From: the human T2T-CHM13v2.0 reference genome, Homo sapiens
Assembly (NCBI RefSeq): GCF_009914755.1
Contig: NC_060930.1
Strand: one strand, 5' to 3'
Length of the DNA stretch: 64,000 bases
Positions 51,191 through 64,000 of this stretch are shown here, piece by piece. Each line of letters opens with the position of its first letter. Positions within the stretch are counted from its first letter, which is position 1. The notes under the pieces were generated by a model. It was not told where the DNA came from. It ran no database searches and was given only the letters and a program-made list of their open reading frames with translations. A program made the translations under genes and the position numbers.

Positions 51191-53347
51191 AAAATAGTGT
51201 TTTCAAATTTTGGTTTCCTGTTTGCCCTTGATGACAGGCCTGAGAGAGGTGGAACAGTCCACCCCATTTTTACACAGATGACAACAATAAATGTCCAGAG
51301 AGATTACATGGTTTGTAATTCATTCCTTCATTTAACACATAATTATTGCAAGCTTAAATGCCAGGCACTGGAGGATTCTGCCTTCCCTTTTGTTTATTTT
51401 TTTATTTTTAATTTTTTTTTTGATACGGAATCTCTCTCTGTTGCCCAGGCTGGAGTGCGGTAGCACGATCTTGGCTCACTGCAACCTGGCCTCCCGGGTT
51501 CAAGCGATTCTCCTGCCTCAACCTCCTGAGTAGCTGGGACTATAGGCACGTGCCACTGTGCCCGGCTAATTTTTGTATTTTTAGTAGACACAGGGGTTTC
51601 ACCATGTTGGCCAGACTGGTTTTGAACTCCTGACCTCATGATCTGCCCACCTTGGCCTCCAAAAGTGCTGGGATTACACGTGTGAGACACTGCACCCGGC
51701 CTCTGCCTTCCTTTTTTTTTCCCTTAAAGAAAGTGACTACCAGAATGTGACTACAACCTGGGCAACATGGCAAAACACCGTCTCTACAAAAAATACAAGA
51801 ATTAGCTGGGCGTGGTGGCCTGAGCCTGTAGTCCCAGCTACTGAGGAGGCTGAGGTAAGAGAATCAATTGAGCCTGGGAGGTTGATGCTGCAGTGAGCTG
51901 TGATTGTGCCACTGCACTCCAGGCTGGGTGACAGAGCGAGACCCTGTCTCAAAAGAAAACAAGAATGTGACTAATTTAACTTTGCTGCTCCTTGTGGACT
52001 TGGCCATTTGCATTCATTTTCCCCTCTCTCCAGCTCTGTTGTCCTGCAGACAGCAGGTGGTGGCAAATGCTGTTGCACTCGTTAGCCGTGCAGTGCAGGA
52101 GGTATGAAGTCACACAGATGCAGATTTGAATCCTGGCTCCAGCATGTACTAAGTAAGTGACCTTAGGAAACTACATAAGCTTTTAGTTTCCATTTCCTTA
52201 TTCACACCACGGGGCAACCCCATCCTACAGGGTAGGTGTATACAAGGCACTTCTGGTTAGTACTGGTACAGTGGCTGGCATAAGGTTAGTTCAGTAAACG
52301 GTAGCTCTTATTTTTATTGGTCATACATGAGGCAAGTGAAATGTTGAAATAATTAGCCCAGACACATTAAAACAGTTTTGATTATTTTTTTCTATTCATA
52401 GAAGACAAAACAATAAACCAATCCAAAACTATGCTTCTAGTTTAGCAGCAAAAGCACAAAGGTTCACATGAACAGCCTCAATGCTTTCTGGAAGACACCT
52501 GTAGAGGACCACTTTACATTCACACCCCACCCAAAAAGTGACACAAATACCGCTCTATAATTCTGAAACATTTCTAAAATGTGATGGTCCTTAAGCCACA
52601 TTCTCTGCACCCCCTGCCCCGCCCCTTAAGGAAAGGCGCGATGAGTCCCGTCCTTCTCTAGGACAGGTTCTAGTAGCCTCCATCACATGTGCATGTTGGT
52701 GGCCCTAGATCCCTGGGCTAAACAACCAGGTCAGTGGACAGCAGAGGCAGTGTGTGCAAGTCTCGGTTCATAGATCTGTGTGTATGAAATAGCTATTTTT
52801 ATAATTTACTTGCTATTCTGAGTCCTATCCTTTTGGAGTCCTCCCCAACCCCAGGGACTTCCAGGGGCCTCTGCCCTCCGGGCATCTGTCCACTGGGGTT
52901 CTTGCAGAGCCATCCATCACTGGCTCACCATGCCCTGCAGGCAGCGGCTCTGCCATGCCCAACCAGGGACAAGGTCATCTCTTTGCAAGGCTGCCTAGAG
53001 CAGGGATATGTGATGCAAATGCCTGCAGGGAGCAGGCAAGGAGAGTTCATAAGTGAACCAGGTAGTTTGCCTACTAAATACGTGAGAACGCTCTTCACCT
53101 TTACAAAGAAATACGCTAGCTCCATGTTTCTTTCAACATGAGCCATCTTTAGTCTCTCTATTGTTTCCCCATTTATGGGAAAAATCTTGGGTAAAGAGGG
53201 ACATTCCTCTATTGCCTAGAAAACAGCAGTGCCAGTGTCATGAATGGCAACTAATCTTTGGCCTCAGCATTGGGACACAGCAGGGACTGGTGGACACTGT
53301 GACAAGCTAAACCACCCATTTCTTCTCCAATACAGGCAGCCATTTGA

Positions 53348-53614
<267 letters not shown>

Positions 53615-54026
53615 TAGCCAGGATGGTCTCGATCTCCTGACCTCGTGATCCACCCGCCTCGGCCTCCCAAAGCGCTGGGATTACAGGCGTAAGCCACCGC
53701 GCCCGGCCACAAAATCTGAATTTTTATGTGAAATTGCCTAGTTTTAAAATCCTGAATGACTGAAATTCACATGGCCAAATCCCATCTGCAGGTCAGATCC
53801 AGCCCAAAGTAACTCGTTTGTGACTTGGGACCTGGCTGCGGCCCTCAGCCACATCTCCAGGAACAGTCCTGCCTGCTAGCTAGGTCTCTGGAAAGCCCAC
53901 CACCTGCTCAGCCCACCACCCCACCCAGAAGACTTCCGCTTTTGCCTGTGGCTCAAATCCTTTCCCTTGCTGGGGCTTAAGCTTTTAGAAACAAAAGCTT
54001 GGGGGAGAAAAATAAGCTTGAGCTTA

Positions 54027-54360
<334 letters not shown>

Positions 54361-55926
54361 TTACGAAAATATTGTAGTAAGGAAATCCCAATTCAGCCAA
54401 ATAATCAAATATTCAATGTTTACAGTAAAATATATGTATGTAACACAGCATCTTCCCTTTTTATATTTTATATTTCTTAATGGTGAGGGTCTCTGTCATC
54501 CATACTGGAGTGATTATAGCTCACTGTAGCCTCAAATTCCTGGGCTCAAGCAATCCTTCTGCCTAAGTCTCCCGAAGTGCTGGGATTACAGGCATGAGCC
54601 ACCACACCAGGTCGCCACTGTCTTAATAATATATTAGAATGTTCACTTTTACTAGTATAGTACCTTGTTTATTGATTCTGCCAGGGGCAATTTCTGAATT
54701 GAATAATAAGGTTTTTGAAAAAAATGTTATACATTTAATACACCAAAAGGAGTTTAGCACCTTGAAGGTTTATCTGCCGAGTTAATAATAAACATATGAT
54801 ACTAGTTATTACTGAGCCATTGCTGATTTGAAGGACTAAAGCAACACAACCCCTATGCTCTGGGAAGATGATAAATTTAGGAGCAGAAAGTTCAGGCTCA
54901 AATTACCTTTGTTTCATCATTTTCTTTGGTGGTGGGAGAGAGATGCTGGTCTCAGTGTGATACTGACTTAGGTGGTCAGGAGTGGGGCAAGAATATTAGA
55001 AATCCACCAGATGAAAATCCTTCAAATAAACGACCTTATTACCCCCTTGACCTATATAATCAGCATGGAGCAAACAGGAATAATTGCCCTGTGCAACCCG
55101 AGTGTGTGAGTTTGAGGGAAGGGGGACAGAGGAATTCAATAACCAATAACCCACATTTACCTACTTCTTCCCTCTGAATATTTTACATTAGAAATGACAG
55201 AAGATTTGGGTTCCTTTCCCCTAATAAAATGAAAACCATTTTTTAGAAGAAAGTAATAGAATCAGCAGAAACCAGTGGCATATGTGTGGTGAAACTCATA
55301 GCGAGTATTGGGACAGACATGGCACATATGTTTTACTCCTCTAAGACTCAAACATTTGGTATTTCCTGAATTCTCTTTGTGGAGATAACAAAGTTTTCAA
55401 ATGGCATATATAACAAAATATATTACATCCAAGTTGATAGCCAATGATTTAATAACATTTAATATTAAAACAATTAAGACACATAAAAAGTGCAGCATCT
55501 ATAGCCTGTAAATTCTTCCGGCATATTATGATCCTAGCTTTCAGTAAGTAAATGTTATACTTATGGAAGCTGCATTTATTAGGACTTGACATTAGATAAG
55601 TAAGTAAATTACTTCAGGTATCAAAGAGTTCTCTACTCTAGGCTGGAATAAGTGAATGTGCTTTCCCAATGCCTATGTTCTGAGATAATTTTTGCAGTGA
55701 TGGAATTCGGCTCATATCAGCAGTAGAGAGAGGTGAGCAAGACCACTTAGTACCTAAATATAGGGCTGAGAATTCATGCAGCTGGCAGGAGAAGATGAGA
55801 CCTCTTTGGAAGATGGCTTGGGTAGCTTTAATGTGAAAAAAGCTTCCAAAATTAAAAATGTTTAGTCATTGTAGCTACAAAAAAAAAAAAAAAAAAAAAA
55901 ACCACAGGGTTGGGTGCAGTGGCTCA

Positions 55927-56516
<590 letters not shown>

Positions 56517-57203
56517 CTATAAATAGCCCTTCTGAGTGAAAAACAGAGAGCACTGTAGTTAGAGGGAGAAGTAACAGGTAAGGCCAGAGAGACAGGTGGT
56601 GAACAGATTGAGGCCTTCTTCCAGTCTGAGCCACACATCTTCTGAAACCTGGCAATCAGCCTGGTGCTTGACTATTTCATCGAAGACAAATGTGACCACT
56701 GGCAGCCACAAACCAAGAAGACCCTGATCCAAGAACTGGAGCTCTGCTGCTGGCCGCAAATGCTGGTCTCTCAGACTGCTTATCTCGGACTCAGTAATAC
56801 AGTGGTAACTCGGAATTGGGAAGATGCCAGGAAGAGGGATAGGGACAGAAACATAACCAGTAACTGACCATTGCCCTCTACAGTCTTATACCCCCCACAT
56901 GGCTTCCAAGAAGCCCAGTTTTAAGCTGTTCAGGGGCAATGCCTAATATACTAGAGCAGGGTCACATGTTTGTATATGCAAAGAAGGAGAAACTGCCTTA
57001 ACACAGCAAAGAATTTAACAAGGAATAAAACAAACGAAGAGTTCTGATCCTGCTGGGTAACAAGAGATCATCCACAAGAGGCAACTGTTAATTTAAAATT
57101 TCATGGCATTGCCGGGCACGGTGACTCACGCCTGTAATCCCAGCACTTTGGGAGGCCAAGGTGGGCAGATCACGAGGTCAGGAGATCAAGACCATCCTGG
57201 CTA

Positions 57204-57482
<279 letters not shown>

Positions 57483-58165
57483 TTACCTTTTTTTTTTTTC
57501 TGCTTGAATTTCAATTAGTCTTAGCCTAACAATGGCTTTTTTTTTTTTTTTTTTTTTTTTTTAGACAGAGTCTTGCTCTGTCGCCCAGACTGGAGTGCAG
57601 TGGCGTAATCTTGGCTCACTGCAATCTCTGTCTCCTGGGCTTAAGTGTTCCTCCTGCCTCAGCCTCCTGAGTAGCTGGGACTACAGGAGCGTGCCACCAT
57701 GCCCAGCTAATTTTTGTATTTTTAGTAGAGACGGGGTTTCATCATGTTGGCCAGGCTGGTCTTGAACCCCTGCCCTCAAATGATCCGCCCAACTTGGCCT
57801 TTCAAAGTGTTGGCCACTGTGCTCAGCCCAATAATGGCTTCTTATAGCCAACCAAAACAAATGGAGTACACAAAAGCTCTAAAATAAAAAATACAGTGCT
57901 ACTATATTCTAAGCATTCAAGAGCTCCTTGATAAGCACAATAAAACCCCATGATAATGCCCTCATCAAAAATATGATTTCATTTTATTTATTTATTTTTG
58001 AGACCGTGTCTTGCTCTGTCACCCAGGCTGGAGTATGGTGGTGTGATCATGGCTCACTACAGCTTCACCTCCTGGGCTCAAATGATACTCCCACCTCAGC
58101 CTCCTGAGTAGCTGGGACTATAGGCACACACCGCCATGCCTGGCTAATTTTTTGATTTTTTGTAG

Positions 58166-58646
<481 letters not shown>

Positions 58647-58975
58647 CTAAACAGGGCAGGTAGAGGGAGGTCTTAGAGAGGAGGCCAAGGCCATAAAGAT
58701 AGGGAAAAGGCATGTGAACTTGTTTCAGAGAGAGAAGAGGTGAGGGGTAAATCTCGTCCTAATTATTCTCCCAGCTGAATCTGGCCAACTAACTGGGACA
58801 TTTCCCAAATCGCTAATGTTATCCTGCAGCTTCTGCACTCAGAATTGTCCCCAGTAGGCCGGGCATGGTGGCTCACACCTATAATCTCAGCAGTTTGGGA
58901 GGCCGAGGAGAGCAGATCACAAGGTCAGGAGTTCAAGACCAGCCTGGCCAATATGGTGAAACCCTGTCGCTACTA

Positions 58976-59227
<252 letters not shown>

Positions 59228-59230
59228 TCA

Positions 59231-59518
<288 letters not shown>

Positions 59519-60022
59519 TCAAATCACAACTGAGTCTGGCATGAATTTATTTTTGATTTATTTAAAAATTTTTTGGTAGAGACAGGGTATTGTTATGCTG
59601 CCCAGGCTGGTCTTAGACCCCTGGGCTCAAGCGATCCACCCGCCTCAGCCTCCCAAAGTGCTGAGATTACAAGCCTGAACTGCTGTGCCTGACCTGGCAT
59701 GAATTTAGATAGGGCAGTTAGCTCCCAAATTCCTCACAGCTAGCTAGACTGACCCACAATGGTCATTTTGTTGTTAACCCTGCAAGAAATTGTAACCTTC
59801 CATTTCATATGACTGATTTATTTGGATCTCAGTTATAATTACAATTACAATTATAATTACAATAGGATTTACTGTATTAATTTATAACCAATAATTGATG
59901 AAAGTACTCTCTTAGTAAACTAAAGGCCAAAGAATATTAAATTAGACATTGTACTAATTATTTTGTGCTAATTATACATATACATATTATATATATAAAA
60001 TATTTATACACACATATACAGA

Positions 60023-60098
60023 ATGCTCGCTTTGGCAGCACATATACTAAAACTGGAATGATGCAGAGATTAGCATGGCCTCTGCACAAGGATGACAC
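60023..60098 (+). pseudogene. U6 snRNA pseudogene, 3'-truncated (nt ~1-79)
   Basis: atgctcgctttggcagcacatatactaaaactggaatgatgcagagattagcatggcctctgcacaaggatgacac matches the U6 5' region with several substitutions and a 3-nt deletion at the ACAGAGA box. An A-tract follows. Confidence 0.92.
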
Positions 60099-60141
60099 TT
60101 TTATTTAACTTTGCAAAAAAAAAAAAATTAAGAAAACCAAT

Positions 60142-60143
<2 letters not shown>

Positions 60144-60175
<32 letters not shown>
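60144..60175. repeat. (CA)n microsatellite
   Basis: About 15-16 units just 3' of the U6 copy. Confidence 0.97.
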
Positions 60176-60177
<2 letters not shown>

Positions 60178-60189
60178 CTCATAGCTTGA

Positions 60190-60483
<294 letters not shown>

Positions 60484-61097
60484 TGATCCACCCACCTCGG
60501 CCTCCCAAAGGGCTGGGATTACAGGCATGAGCCACCGCACCCGGCTAAACATCCTGTTTTCTTTTTTGTTGTTGTTTTTGAATCAAAGTCTTGTTCTGTC
60601 ACCAGGCTGGAGTGCAGTGGTGCCATGTTGGCCAGGCTGGTCTCAAACTCCTGACCCCAAACAATCCACACTGCTCGGCCTCCCAAAGTGTTGGTATTAT
60701 AGGCGTGAGCCACCGCACTCAGCCCAGTTTATTATATTACTGAAATTTTCAGGCTGGGCATGGTGGCTCACACCTGTAATACCAGCACTTTGGGAGGCTG
60801 AAGCTGGAGGAACACCTGAGCTCAGGAGTTCAAGACCTGCCTGGACAATAAAGTGAGACCCCATCTCTACAAAGATTACACAAATTAGCTGGGCATGGGC
60901 GTACATACCTGTAGTCCCAGCTACTCAGGTGGCTGAGGTGTGAGGGTTGCTTGAGCCCAAGAGGTCAAGGCTGTAGTGAGCTATGATCATGCCATTGCAC
61001 TTTAGCCTGAGCAACAGAGTGAGACTCTCTCAAAAAAACCCAAAATAGACAAAGAAAAAATGAAGGCTGGCCATGGTGGCTCACACACGTAATCCTA

Positions 61098-61945
<848 letters not shown>

Positions 61946-62071
61946 TTATTTGTTTTCTGTCAATATCACCCTGTGTGTTATGTTTTTTCAGGTAGGAGAT
62001 GGCTTGGTGAGTAGGAATTATCTTCAGTTTCAAATAAATCTCATTTTGGCTTTCATTCCTCTGAAAATTAG

Positions 62072-62758
<687 letters not shown>

Positions 62759-63257
62759 TGAGACTGCATCTCAAATAATAATAATACAAAAGTGACCCAA
62801 AAGAAAGGGGGAAGAGGCTGGGTGCGGTGGCTCACACCTGTAATCCCAGCACATTGGGAGGCTGATGGGCAGATCACATGAGGCCAGGAGTTTGAGACCA
62901 GCCTGGCCAATATGGCAAAACCCTGTTTCTACTAAAAATACAAAAATTAGCCAAGTGTGGTGGCGCATGCCTGTAATCCCAGCTACTGGGGTTACTGAGG
63001 CATGAGAGTCTCCTGAACCCGGAGGTGGAGGTTGCAGTGAGCTGAGATTGCGCCACTGCACTCCAGCCTGGGCGACATAGCTAGACCCTGTCTCAAGAAA
63101 AAAAAAAAAAAAGAATCGAGGAAGAATCTTAGTATTTGACAATGTAGAATATAAGGGAAAAAATATATAATAAGGGAAAAAGAAGGGTGTTACACACTGA
63201 TGAATGATAGAGCAAGAAGCACCTGAAAAAATTGCAGGAATAGATACATCAGGTTAA

Positions 63258-63630
<373 letters not shown>

Positions 63631-63807
63631 TGAGCACCTGGCCTGTCTTTTTGATTTAAATTTCTCTTTGAGATAATCTTATTATTGGATCTGTTTAATT
63701 CAATCTGAAAGTCTGTTTTTTAATTGAATTTAATTAATTTTTATTTATTATAATTCATTATAAGTACTTATTTCTGCCTTTTTATTCCATATTTTTCATT
63801 TACTACA

Positions 63808-64000
63808 GGTCTTGGTCTGTTTTGTGTTGCTATAACAGAATTAGGCTGGGTAATTTATCAAGAGGTTTATTTGGCTCAGGATTCTGGTGGCCGGAAGGTT
63901 CAAGATTGGGTAGCTGCATCTGGTGAAGGTCTCAGGCTGCTTCCACTCATAGTGGAAAGAGGAAGGGGAATGGGAGTGTGCAAAGATCATAAGGCAAGAG
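63808..64000 (-). mobile_element. MST-type MaLR LTR, cut by the window edge
   Basis: tgttgctataacagaa..ggctgggtaatttat..gaggtttatttggctca..gcatctggtgaagg. Confidence 0.7.

Overview
Primate (almost certainly human) genomic DNA, very Alu-rich. It holds the 5' half of BEND3 on the minus strand. A CpG-island promoter and non-coding exon 1 (donor at 42035) are followed by two coding exons, 26203-26250 and 25505-25707, which splice to residues 1-80 (MNSTEFTEDVEEVLKSITVKVE...KRRRLIPE). The BEN-domain-coding remainder lies beyond position 1, and about 21 kb of upstream sequence follows the promoter. Repeats include roughly 100 Alus (eye estimate), two solo ERV1 LTRs with 4-bp TSDs, a 12-kb nested ancient L1, MaLR LTRs, DNA-transposon relics, and retrocopies of 7SL, U6 and BC200. 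I found no new protein-coding system. The most unusual signal is mutational: three independent inverted copies of nearby sequence, each pasted inside an Alu (2510-2622 to 3860-3987; 59091-59298 to 60415-60623; about 28020-28648 to 61714-62753). Two of them hit essentially the same Alu position from a donor about 1.1-1.25 kb away. Also notable are a 5'-inverted (twin-primed) 7SL retrocopy and a predicted 84-codon upstream ORF overlapping the BEND3 start. All alignments and counts were done by eye, and repeat subfamily names come from recalled consensus sequences.
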